Both the position numbers and the translations under genes were made by a program. From positions 280,674,001-280,738,000 of the forward strand of contig OZ024743.1 of assembly GCA_964016885.1 (NCBI GenBank): a stretch of DNA of 64,000 nucleotides, written 5' to 3'. Origin of the DNA: Eledone cirrhosa (Eukaryota). The notes under the pieces were generated by a model. The model had not been told where the DNA came from. It did not search any database and saw nothing but the letters and a program-made list of their open reading frames with translations. Positions 10,215-23,900 of the stretch are shown here, piece by piece. How positions within the stretch are numbered: the first letter of the stretch is position 1; every line of letters begins with the position of its first letter.

Positions 10215-11000
10215 CAAGGAGAAAGGGGGAGCAAGGAGAAAAGGAGAGCAATAAGAAAAGGAGAGCAATGAGAGGGAGGTGAAAAGGAGAGCAATGAGAA
10301 ATGGAGAACAAGGATAGCAATAAGAAAAGGAGAGCAAGGAGAACAAGGATAAAAGGAGAGTAAGGAGAGCAATGGTAGAAAGAGAGCAATGAGAAAAGGA
10401 CAGGAAGGAGAAAGGGAGAGCAAGGAGAGCAATGAGAAAAGGAAAGCAATGAGATGAAGGTGAAAAGGAGAGCAATGAGAAAAGGAAAGCAATGAGATGA
10501 AGGTGAAAAGGAGAGCAATGAGAAATGGAGAGCAAGGATAAAAGGAGAGCAAGGAGAACAAGAATAAAAGGAGAATAAGGAGAGCAATGATAGAAGGGGA
10601 GCAATGAGAAAGGGAGATGAGGGAGAGGAAGGAGAGGAATGCGAAAAGGGAACAAGGAGAAAAGGAGAGCAAGGAGAGCAAGGAGAGTGAGGTGAAAAGG
10701 AGAGCAATGGGAAATGGAGAGCAAAGATAGCAATAAGAAAAGGAGAGCAATGAGAGGAAGAAGAGGAAGGCGAAAAGGAGAGCAATGAGAAATGGATAGC
10801 AAGGATAGCAATAAGAAAAGGAGAGCAAAGAGAACAAGGAGAAAAGGAGAGCAAGGAGAAAAGCAGAGCAAGGAAGGAATGCGAAAATGAGAACAAGGAG
10901 AGGAAGGAGAAAAGGAGAGCAAGGAGAGCAATGAGAAAATGAGAACAAGAATAAAAGGAAAGCAAGGAGAGCAGTGAGAAAAGGAGAACAAAGAGGGGTA
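10215..11000. repeat. Purine-rich degenerate minisatellite (core aaaaggagagcaa[tgag|ggag])
   Basis: Dozens of shuffled aggagagca/atgagaaa modules with strong AG strand asymmetry. Confidence 0.9.
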
Positions 11001-11029
11001 AGGAGAGGTTAAGGCAAATATTGCTCAAG

Positions 11030-11400
11030 TTATCCTGGAAGCAGACAAACGTGAAAAAATCAACTGAAGAGGTACATTCTGCACCAGAATGACGTTTCTT
11101 CCTTTACAAAAATTGAGTTTTCGTCTTTTGTAACTCCTGGTACAAAAACTTTCTTCGCGAGATTTTCTATCAGCACCGGTTTCCTCGGCAAAGACCCTTC
11201 ATCATGGAAGGATGATCCTGGTTACAAAAGTGGACTTGAAATACTTGAAAAGACAGTTGTGAACGATGTAGAAAGAGGTGTCAAACTCATTCAGGATTAC
11301 AATAACATTCTCACAAAAAATGAATTGAGAAACAATTTGTTTTACAGATCGTTACCGAAAGCTGTAAAACATACCCAACTACCACTAAATCCTTTCTGTA
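11030..11400 (+). pseudogene. DNA-transposase C-terminal relic, hAT (hATm-like) type
   Basis: Manual translation from 11121 gives SSFVTPGTKTFFARFSISTGFLGKDPSSWKDDPGYKSGLEILEKTVVNDVERGVKLIQDYNNILTKNE, then a frameshift, then EKQFVLQIVTESCKTYP. This matches the recalled VVNDxAERGVKL...KQxxLQ C-terminal motif. It is not in the ORF track. Confidence 0.7.
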
Positions 11401-11626
11401 CGGCTTAATTCGGGATGTTTTTTTACAAACACACCGAGCATTATAATAAATATTCGGTGAATCCATACGTACATATATATATGTGTGCATGTATGTATAT
11501 ATATATATATATACATACTACTGTACGTATGTATACATATGTGTTATGTGTACGTACGTATACATACTTATATTTAAATAACAGCCGTACTAAGAGTGAG
11601 AAATTAAATTTCGTTTCATTTTTTCC

Positions 11627-11690
<64 letters not shown>

Positions 11691-11929
11691 TCTTATGAGT
11701 GTGTTTATGTGTATTTCTATGTGTGTTTATGTGTATCTACCGTACATGTTATTTTTTCAGAAAAAGCTAAAAAATAAACACACCTAGTAGTCGTTAAGAA
11801 ACCAAGTGGATAGGTAACTAACTCAAACGGTGTTTACATTTTCTTCACCAAGCTGTTCCTCGGAGAATCTTTCACATAAACCGCCATGTTTTTCAATACA
11901 TTCATCAATAAATTATATATACATAAATA

Positions 11930-11971
11930 CATGGATATATATATACAAACATACATACATACATTACATAT

Positions 11972-12020
<49 letters not shown>

Positions 12021-12050
12021 TATATGTATATGTATGTATGTATATATGTA

Positions 12051-12098
<48 letters not shown>

Positions 12099-12142
12099 TA
12101 TATACATACATATATATATATATATATATGTATATGTATATG

Positions 12143-12199
<57 letters not shown>

Positions 12200-12224
12200 G
12201 TATGTATGTATATATGTATATATG

Positions 12225-12271
<47 letters not shown>

Positions 12272-12316
12272 TCATATATACATACATATACATATATATA
12301 TATATATATGTATATG

Positions 12317-12361
<45 letters not shown>

Positions 12362-12366
12362 GTATG

Positions 12367-12450
<84 letters not shown>
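11930..12450. repeat. (TA)n/(TATG)n compound microsatellite
   Basis: Direct reading. Confidence 0.95.
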
Positions 12451-12451
<1 letters not shown>

Positions 12452-12726
12452 CGTACGTATAAACAAATAGGAAAAAGATTTGTAATACGCAGATGATTTT
12501 TTTGTGTGAAGAAAATGAGAAGAGAAGACAATAAAGGATAAATATGATGTTAGAGAGGGAATGAAATCTGTCTGAGATATAGAGGACGTATGATAATATG
12601 TTCGGTGGCATGTAAGTATTTGTGTATGTGCATGGGAACGGGTGTGTGCGTATATTAGAGGGAGAGTGCGAAAGAGACAGACAGAGAGAATTGAATGAGA
12701 GCTAGACAATTATATATATGTGTGGG

Positions 12727-12727
<1 letters not shown>

Positions 12728-12822
<95 letters not shown>

Positions 12823-12854
12823 TATAGATATATGTATATATATATACATATATG

Positions 12855-12942
<88 letters not shown>
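12728..12942. repeat. (TA)n microsatellite
   Basis: Direct reading. Confidence 0.95.
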
Positions 12943-12945
<3 letters not shown>

Positions 12946-13578
12946 ATTATCCTTCTCTTCTCTACTTTCGCCCGACCACACCTTGAATACTGTTGTCCAC
13001 TGTGGTCTCCCCACACGAAACAAAGTATCATGAAACTTGAAGCTCCTCAAAGGGCAATCACGAAAAAGATAGATGGCATGTCAGACCTTGACTACTGGGG
13101 TCGATTGGAAAACCTGAAACTTTACTCACTCCAACGTCGCCGTGAGCGTTATATTATCTGCATGATGTGGAAAATGTTCCATCATCACTGCCCAAATGAT
13201 GTTGGCATCGCCTTCAAGATACGCCCAAGGCTTGGGCCCCGTGCTATCCGTCCCATTCAAAAATCTAAATCGCAACTCATAACAACAATACGGCACAATT
13301 ATTTCACCTCAATCGGCCCTGCTCTCTTCAACATCACACCAGGACACGTCAAAACAGAAACTGACCACACAAAATTCAAGAAGTCTTTGGACAAATTCCT
13401 CCAAGTAATCCCGGACAAACCACCCACACCCGGATATGTCTCCGCAAACAGTAATTCTCTTCTCGAATGGGCCATGGTGCCCAAATCCTGAATTGAAAGA
13501 CTTCGCCAGGTGGTGCTATTAAGTTAGACATGGCCTGGGCCAATACTGGCCAAAACATTTCAAAGTTATTCAAAGTTA
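12942..13578 (+). mobile_element. 5'-truncated CR1-group LINE (ORF2 C-terminus, stop 13489-13491, short 3' UTR) inserted in (TA)n
   Basis: [13 protein letters not shown]...[40 protein letters not shown] is the typical CR1-group post-RT motif. The frame is open to the stop, and the tail ttcaaagtta occurs twice before (TA)n. Confidence 0.88.
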
Positions 13579-14830
<1,252 letters not shown>

Positions 14831-14977
14831 TGAGCATACACGCGCGCACGCACTTGCGTATATTTACACGTATAAATATATTCATTTACAGTTACTCACT
14901 AGCCTACATACACATATACATTTATATCTGCAATCTGCATTTATGAGTTTATATGTCTGAGTATGCATTCTAGTGCA

Positions 14978-17900
14978 TTTGGGTGCATGTCTGGGTAAAT
15001 ATGTTTGTGGCTACGGTGTGTATGTCTGGGTAGATATGTTTGTGGCTACGGTGTGTATGTCGGGGTAAATATGTTTGTGGCTACGGTGTGTAAGTCGGGG
15101 TAGATATGTTTGTGGCCACAGTGTGTAAGTCGGGGTAGATATGTTTGTGGCTACGGTGTGTATGTCGGGGTAGATATGTTTGTGGACATGGTGTGTATGT
15201 CTGGGTAGATATGTTTGTGACCATGGTGTGTATCTCTGGGTAGATATGTTTGTGGCTACGGTGTGTATGACGGGGTAGATATGTTTGTGGCTACGGTGTG
15301 TATGTCGGGGTAGATATGTTTGTGGCTACGGTGTTTATGTCTGGGTAGATATGTTTGTGGCTACGGTGTGTATGTCGGGGTAGATATGTTTGTGGTCATG
15401 GTGTGCATGTCTGGGTAGATATGTTTGTGGCTACGGTGTGTATGTCGGGGTAGATATGTTTGTAGCTACGGTGTGTATGTCGGGGTAGATATGTTTGTGG
15501 CTACGGTGTGTATGTCGGGGTAGATATGTTTGTGGCTACGGTGTGTATGTCGGGGTAGATATGTTTGTGGCTACGGTGTGTATGTCGGGGTAGATATGTT
15601 TGTGGCTAGGATGTGTATGTCGGGGTAGATATGTTTGTGGCTAGGATGTGTATGTCGGGGTAGATATGTTTGTGGCCACGGTGTGTATGTCGGGGTAGAT
15701 ATGTCTGTGGCTACGGTGTGTATGTCGGGGTAAATATGTTTGTGGCTACGGAGTGTATGTCGGGGTAGATATGTTTGTGGCTAGGATGTGTATGTCGGGG
15801 TAGATATGTTTGTGGCCACGGTGTGTATGTCGGGGTAGATATGTTTATGGCTACGGTGTGTATGTCGGGGTAGACATGTTTGTGGCCATGGTGTGCATGT
15901 CTGGGTAGATATGTTTGTGGCCATGGTGTGTATGTCTGGGTAGATATGTCTGTGGCCACGGTGTGTATGTCTGGGTAGATATGTTTGTGACCATGGTGTG
16001 CATGTGTGGGTAGATATGTTTGTGACCATGGTGTGTATGTCTGGGTAGATATGTTTGTGGCTACGGTGTGTATGTCTGGGGAGATATGTTTGTGGCCATG
16101 GTGTGTATGTCTGGGTAGATATGTTTGTGGCTACGGTGTGTATGTCTGGGTAGATATGTTTGTGGCTACGGTGTGTATGTCGGGGTAGATATGTTTGTGA
16201 CCATGGTGTGTATGTCGGTGTAGATATGTTTGGACCATGGTGTGTATGTCGGGGTAGATATGTTTGTGGCCATGGTGTGTATGTCGGGATAGATATGTTT
16301 GTGACCATGGTGTGTATGTCGGGGTAGACATGTTTGTGGCCATGGTGTGTATGTCGGGGTAGACATGTTTGTGGCTATGGTGTGTATGTCTGGGTAGATA
16401 TGTTTGTGGCTACGGTGTGTAGGTCGGGGTAGATATGTTTGTGGCCATGGTGCGTATGTCGGGGTAGATATGTTTGTGACCATGGTGTGTATGTCGGGGT
16501 AGATATGTTTGTGACCATGGTGTGTATGTCGGGGTAGATATGTTTGTGGCCATGGTGTGTATGTCGGGGTAGATATGTTTGTGGCCATGGTGTGTATGTC
16601 GGGGTAGATATGTTTGTGACCATGGTGTGTATGTCGGGGTAGATATGTTTGTGGCTACGGTGTGCATGTCTGGGTAGATATGTTTGTGGCCACGGTGTGT
16701 ATGTTTGGGTAGATATGTTTGTGATCATGGTGTGTATGTGTGGGTAGCTATGTTTGTGACCACGGTGTGTATGTCTGAGTAGATATGTTTGTGGATACGG
16801 TGTGTATATCTGGGTAGATATGTTTGTGCTACGGTGTGCATGTCTGGGTAGATATGTTTGTGGCTACGGTGTGTATGTCGGGGTAGATATGTTTTTGACC
16901 ATGGTGTCTATGTCGGGGTAGATATGTTTATGGCCATCGTGTGTATGTCGTGTTAGATATGTTTGTGGCTACGGTGTGTATGTCGGGGTAGATATGTTTG
17001 TGACCACGGTGTGTATGTCTGGGTAGATATGTTTGTGGCTACGGTGTGTATGTCTGGGTAGACAATGTTGTGGCCATGGTGTGTATGTCTGGGTAGATAT
17101 GTTTGTGGCCATGGTGTGCATGTCTGTGTAGATATGTTGTGGCTACGGTGTGTATGTCTGGGTAGATATGTTTGTGCTCCGGTGTGCATGTCTGGGTAGA
17201 TATGTTTGTGGCTACGGTGTGTATGTCTGGGTAGATATGTCTGTGGCTACGGTGTGTATGTCGGGGTAGATATGTTTGTGGCTATGGTGTGTATGTCTGG
17301 GTAGATATGTTTGTGGCTACGGTGTGTATGTCTGGGGAGATATGTTTGTGGCCATGGTGTGTATGTCTGGGTAGATATGTTTGTGGCTACGGTGTGTATG
17401 TCTGGGTAGATATGTTTGTGGCTACGGTGTGTATGTCGGGGTAGATATGTTTGTGACCATGGTGTGTATGTCGGTGTAGATATGTTTGGACCATGGTGTG
17501 TATGTCGGGGTAGATATGTTTGTGGCCATGGTGTGTATGTCGGGATAGATATGTTTGTGACCATGGTGTGTATGTCGGGGTAGACATGTTTGTGGCCATG
17601 GTGTGTATGTCGGGGTAGACATGTTTGTGGCTATGGTGTGTATGTCTGGGTAGATATGTTTGTGGCTACGGTGTGTAGGTCGGGGTAGATATGTTTGTGG
17701 CCATGGTGTGTATGTCGGGGTAGATATGTTTGTGACCATGGTGTGTATGTCGGGGTAGATATGTTTGTGACCATGGTGTGTATGTCGGGGTAGATATGTT
17801 TGTGGCCATGGTGTGTATGTCGGGGTAGATATGTTTGTGGCCATGGTGTGTATGTCGGGGTAGATATGTTTGTGACCATGGTGTGTATGTCGGGGTAGAT

Positions 17901-20900
17901 ATGTTTGTGGCTACGGTGTGCATGTCTGGGTAGATATGTTTGTGGCCACGGTGTGTATGTTTGGGTAGATATGTTTGTGATCATGGTGTGTATGTGTGGG
18001 TAGCTATGTTTGTGACCACGGTGTGTATGTCTGAGTAGATATGTTTGTGGCTACGGTGTGTATATCTGGGTAGATATGTTTGTGCTACGGTGTGCATGTC
18101 TGGGTAGATATGTTTGTGGCTACGGTGTGTATGTCGGGGTAGATATGTTTTTGACCATGGTGTCTATGTCGGGGTAGATATGTTTATGGCCATCGTGTGT
18201 ATGTCGTGTTAGATATGTTTGTGGCTACGGTGTGTATGTCGGGGTAGATATGTTTGTGACCACGGTGTGTATGTCTGGGTAGATATGTTTGTGGCTACGG
18301 TGTGTATGTCTGGGTAGACAATGTTGTGGCCATGGTGTGTATGTCTGGGTAGATATGTTTGTGGCCATGGTGTGCATGTCTGTGTAGATATGTTGTGGCT
18401 ACGGTGTGTATGTCTGGGTAGATATGTTTGTGCTCCGGTGTGCATGTCTGGGTAGATATGTTTGTGGCTACGGTGTGTATGTCTGGGTAGATATGTCTGT
18501 GGCTACGGTGTGTATGTCGGGGTAGATATGTTTGTGGCTATGGTGTGTATGTCTGGGTAGATACGTTTGTGGCTACGGTGTGTATGTCTGGGGAGATATG
18601 TTTGTGGCCATGGTGTGTATGTCTGGGTAGATATGTTTGTGGCTACGGTGTGTATGTCTGGGTAGATATGTTTGTGGCTACGGTGTGTATGTCGGGGTAG
18701 ATATGTTTGTGACCATGGTGTGTATGTCGGTGTAGATATGTTTGGACCATGGTGTGTATGTCGGGGTAGATATGTTTGTGGCCATGGTGTGTATGTCGGG
18801 ATAGATATGTTTGTGACCATGGTGTGTATGTCGGGGTAGACAAGTTTGTGGCTATGGTGTGTATGTCTGGGTAGATATGTTTGTGGCTGCGGTGTGTAGG
18901 TCGGGGTAGATATGTTTGTGGCCATGGTGTGTATGTCGGGGTAGATATGTTTGTGACCATGGTGTGTATGTCGGGGTAGATATGTTTGTGACCATGGTGT
19001 GTATGTCGGGGTAGATATGTTTGTGGCCATGGTGTGTATGTCGGGGTAGATATGTTTGTGGCCATGGTGTGTATGTCGGGGTAGATATGTTTGTGACCAT
19101 GGTGTGTATGTCGGGGTAGATATGTTTGTGGCTACGGTGTGCATGTCTGGGTAGATATGTTTGTGGCCACGGTGTGTATGTTTGGGTAGATATGTTTGTG
19201 ATCATGGTGTGTATGTGTGGGTAGCTATGTTTGTGACCAAGGTGTGTATGTCTGAGTAGATATGTTTGTGGCTACGGTGTGTATATCTGGGTAGATATGT
19301 TTTTGACCATGGTGTCTATGTCGGGGTAGATATGTTTATGGCCATCGTGTGTATGTCGTGTTAGATATGTTTGTGGCTACGGTGTGTATGTCGGGGTAGA
19401 TATGTTTGTGACCACGGTGTGTATGTCTGGGTAGATATGTTTGTGGCTACGGTGTGTATGTCTGGGTAGACAATGTTGTGGCCATGGTGTGTATGTCTGG
19501 GTAGATATGTTTGTGGCCATGGTGTGCATGTCTGTGTAGATATGTTGTGGCTACGGTGTGTATGTCTGGGTAGATATGTTTGTGCTCCGGTGTGCATGTT
19601 CTGGGTAGATATGTTTGTGGCTACGGTGTGTATGTCTGGGTCGATATGTCTGTGGCTACGGTGTGTATGTCGGGGTAGATATGTTTGTGGCTATGGTGTG
19701 TATGTCTGGGTAGATATGTTTGTGGCTACGGTGTGTATGTCTGGGGAGATATGTTTGTGGCTACGGTGTGTATGTCTGGGTAGATATGTTTGTGGCTACG
19801 GTGTGTATGTCTGGGTAGATATGTTTGTGGCTACGGTGTATATGTCTGGGGAGATATGTTTGTGGCTACGGTGTGTATATCTGGGTAGATATGTTTGTGC
19901 TACGGTGTGTATGTCTGGGTAGATATGTTTGTGGCTACGGTGTGTATGTCTGGGGAGATATGTTTGTGGCTACGGTGTGTATGTCTGGGTAGATATGTTT
20001 GTGGCCATGGTGTGCATGTCTGTGTAGATATGTTTGTGGCTACGGTGTGTATGTCTGGGTAGATATGTTTGTGCTACGGTGTGCATGTCTGGGTAGATAT
20101 GTTTGTGGCTACGGTGTGTATGTCTGGGTAGATATCTCTGTGGCTACGGTGTGAATGTCGGGGTAGATATGTTTGTGGCCATGGTGTGTATGTCTGGGTA
20201 GATATGTTTGTGGCCATGGTGTGTATGTCGGGGTAGATATGTTTGTGGCCATGGTGTGTATGTCTGGGTGGATATGTTTGTGGATACGGTGTGTATGTCG
20301 AGGTAGATATGTTTGTGGCTACGGTGAGCATGTCTGGGTAGATATGTTTGTGGCCATGGTGTGTATGTCTGGGTAGATATGTTTGTGACCATGGTGTGCA
20401 TGTCTGGGTAGATATGTTTGTGACCATGGTGTGCATGTCTGGGTAGATATGTTTGTGGCCACGGTGTGTATGTCTGGGTAGATATGTTTGTGACCATGGT
20501 GTGTATGTCTGGGTAGATATGTTTGTGACTACGGTGTGCATGTCTGGGTAGATATGTTTGTGACCATGGTGTGTATGTCTGGGTAGATATGTTTGTGGCT
20601 ACGGTGTGCATGTCTAGGTAGATATGTTTGTGGCCATGGTGTGCATGTCTGGGTAGATATGTTTGTGGCCATGGTGTGTATGTCTGGGTAGATATGTTTG
20701 TGGCCACGGTGTGTATGTCGGGGTAGATATGTTTGTGGCCATGGTGTGTATGTCGGTGTAGACATGTTTGTGGCCATGGTGTGCATGTCTGGGTAGATAT
20801 GTTTGTGGCCATGGTGTGTATGTCTGGGTAGATATGTCTGTGGCCACGGTGTGTATGTCTGGGTAGATATGTTTGTGACTACGGTGTGTATGTGTGGGTA

Positions 20901-23900
20901 GATATGTTTGTGACCATGGTGTGTATGTCTGGGTAGATATGTTTGTGGCTACGGTGTGTATGTCTGGGGAGATATGTTTGTGGCCATGGTGTGTATGTCT
21001 GGGTAGATATGTTTGTGGCTACGGTGTGTATGTCTGGGTAGATATGTTTGTGGCTACGGTGTGTATGTCGGGGTAGATATGTTTGTGACCATGGTGTGTA
21101 TGTCGGTGTAGATATGTTTGTGGCTATGGTGTGTATGTCTGGGTAGATATGTTTGTGGCCATGGTGTGTATGTCGGGGTAGATATGTTTGTGACCATGGT
21201 GTGTATGTCGGGGTAGATATGTTTGTGACCATGGTGTGTATGTCGGGGTAGATATGTTTGTGGCTATGGTGTGTATGTCTGGGTAGATATGTTTGTGGCC
21301 ATGGTGTGTATGTCGGGGTAGATATGTTTGTGACCATGGTGTGTATGTCGGGGTAGACATGTTTGTGGCTATGGTGTGTATGTCTGGGTAGATATGTTTG
21401 TGGCCATGGTGTGTATGTCGGGGTAGATATGTTTGTGACCATGGTGTGTATGTCGGGGTAGATATGTTTGTGACCATGGTGTGTATGTCGGGGTAGATAT
21501 GTTTGTGGCCATGGTGTGTATGTCGGGGTAGACATGTTTGTGGTCATGGTGTGTATGTCGGGGTAGATATGTTTGTGACCATGGTGTGTATGTCGGGGTA
21601 GATATGTTTGTGGCTACGGTGTGCATGTCTGGGTAGATATGTTTGTGACCATGGTGTGTATGTCTGGGTAGATATGTTTGTGACTACGGTGTGCATGTCT
21701 GTGTAGATATGTTTGTGACCATGGTGTGTATGTCTGGGTAGATATGTCTGTGGCTACGGTGTGTATGTCGGGGTAAATATGTTTGTGGCTACGGAGTGTA
21801 TGTCGGGGTAGATATGTTTGTGGCTAGGATGTGTATGTCGGGGTAGATATGTTTGTGGCCACGGTGTGAATGTCGGGGTAGATATGTTTATGGCTACGGT
21901 GTGTATGTCGGGGTAGACATGTTTGTGGCCATGGTGTGCATGTCTGGGTAGATATGTTTGTGGCCATGGTGTGTATGTCTGGGTAGATATGTCTGTGGCC
22001 ACGGTGTGTATGTCTGGGTAGATATGTTTGTGACTACGGTGTGTATGTGTGGGTAGATATGTTTGTGACCATGGTGTGTATGTCTGGGTAGATATGTTTG
22101 TGGCTACGGTGTGTATGTCTGGGGAGATATGTTTGTGGCCATGGTGTGTATGTCTGGGTAGATATGTTTGTGGCTACGGTGTGTATGTCTGGGTAGATAT
22201 GTTTGTGGCTACGGTGTGTATGTCGGGGTAGATATGTTTGTGACCATGGTGTGTATGTCGGGGTAGATATGTTTGGACCATGGTGTGTATGTCGGGGTAG
22301 ATATGTTTGTGGCCATGGTGTGTATGTCGGGATAGATATGTTTGTGACCATGGTGTGTATGTCGGGGTAGACATGTTTGTGGCCATGGTGTGTATGTCGG
22401 GGTAGACATGTTTGTGGCTATGGTGTGTATGTCTGGGTAGATATGTTTGTGGCTACGGTGTGTAGGTCGGGGTAGATATGTTTGTGGCCATGGTGTGTAT
22501 GTCGGGGTAGATATGTTTGTGGCCATGGTGTGTATGTCGGGGTAGATATGTTTGTGACCATGGTGTGTATGTCGGGGTAGATATGTTTGTGACCATGGTG
22601 TGTATGTCTGGGTAGATATGTTTGTGGCCATGGTGTGTATGTCGGGGTAGATATGTTTGTGGCCATGGTGTGTATGTCGGGGTAGATATGTTTGTGACCA
22701 TGGTGTGTATGTCGGGGTAGATATGTTTGTGGCTACGGTGTGCATGTCTGGGTAGATATGTTTGTGGCCACGGTGTGTATGTTTGGGTAGATATGTTTGT
22801 GATCATGGTGTGTATGTGTGGGTAGCTATGTTTGTGACCACGGTGTGTATGTCTGAGTAGATATGTTTGTGGCTACGGTGTGTATATCTGGGTAGATATG
22901 TTTGTGCTACGGTGTGCATGTCTGGGTAGATATGTTTGTGGCTACGGTGTGTATGTCGGGGTAGATATGTTTTTGACCATGGTGTCTATGTCGGGGTAGA
23001 TATGTTTATGGCCATCGTGTGTATGTCGTGTTAGATATGTTTGTGGCTACGGTGTGTATGTCGGGGTATATATGTTTGTGACCACGGTGTGTATGTCTGG
23101 GTAGATATGTTTGTGGCTACGGTGTGTATGTCTGGGTAGACAATGTTGTGGCCATGGTGTGTATGTCTGGGTAGATATGTTTGTGGCCATGGTGTGCATG
23201 TCTGTGTAGATATGTTGTGGCTACGGTGTGTATGTCTGGGTAGATATGTTTGTGCTCCGGTGTGCATGTCTGGGTAGATATGTTTGTGGCTATGGTGTGT
23301 ATGTCTGGGTAGATATGTCTGTGGCTACGGTGTGTATGTCGGGGTAGATATGTTTGTGGCTATGGTGTGTATGTCTGGGTAGATATGTTTGTGGCTACGG
23401 TGTGTATGTCTGGGGAGATATGTTTGTGGCTACGGTGTGTATGTCTGGGTAGATATGTTTGTGGCTACGGTGTGTATGTCTGGGTAGATATGTTTGTTGC
23501 TACGGTGTATATGTCTGGGGAGATATGTTTGTGGCTACGGTGTGTATATCTGGGTAGATATGTTTGTGCTACGGTGTGTATGTCTGGGTAGATATGTTTG
23601 TGGCTACGGTGTGTATGTCTGGGGAGATATGTTTGTGGCTACGGTGTGTATGTCTGGGTAGATATGTTTGTGGCCATGGTGTGCATGTCTGTGTAGATAT
23701 GTTTGTGGCTACGGTGTGTATGTCTGGGTAGATATGTTTGTGCTACGGTGTGCATGTCTGGGTAGATATGTTTGTGGCTACGGTGTGTATGTCTGGGTAG
23801 ATATCTCTGTGGCTACGGTGTGAATGTCGGGGTAGATATGTTTGTGGCCATGGTGTGTATGTCTGGGTAGATATGTTTGTGGCCATGGTGTGTATGTCTA

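Noticed and set aside
9913-11028. Leu/Ser/Phe-rich 255-371 aa ORFs as membrane proteins
   Set aside because: They are translations of the pyrimidine strand of a minisatellite and are open in all three frames.
11074-11097. CTGAAGA followed by hairpin cattctg/cagaatg as a hammerhead
   Set aside because: It is followed by gttt instead of GAAA and lies in the transposase-relic reading frame.
12718-12941. N-terminal YI-repeat part of the 257-aa ORF
   Set aside because: It is read-through of (TA)n; only the LINE-derived C-terminal part is meaningful.
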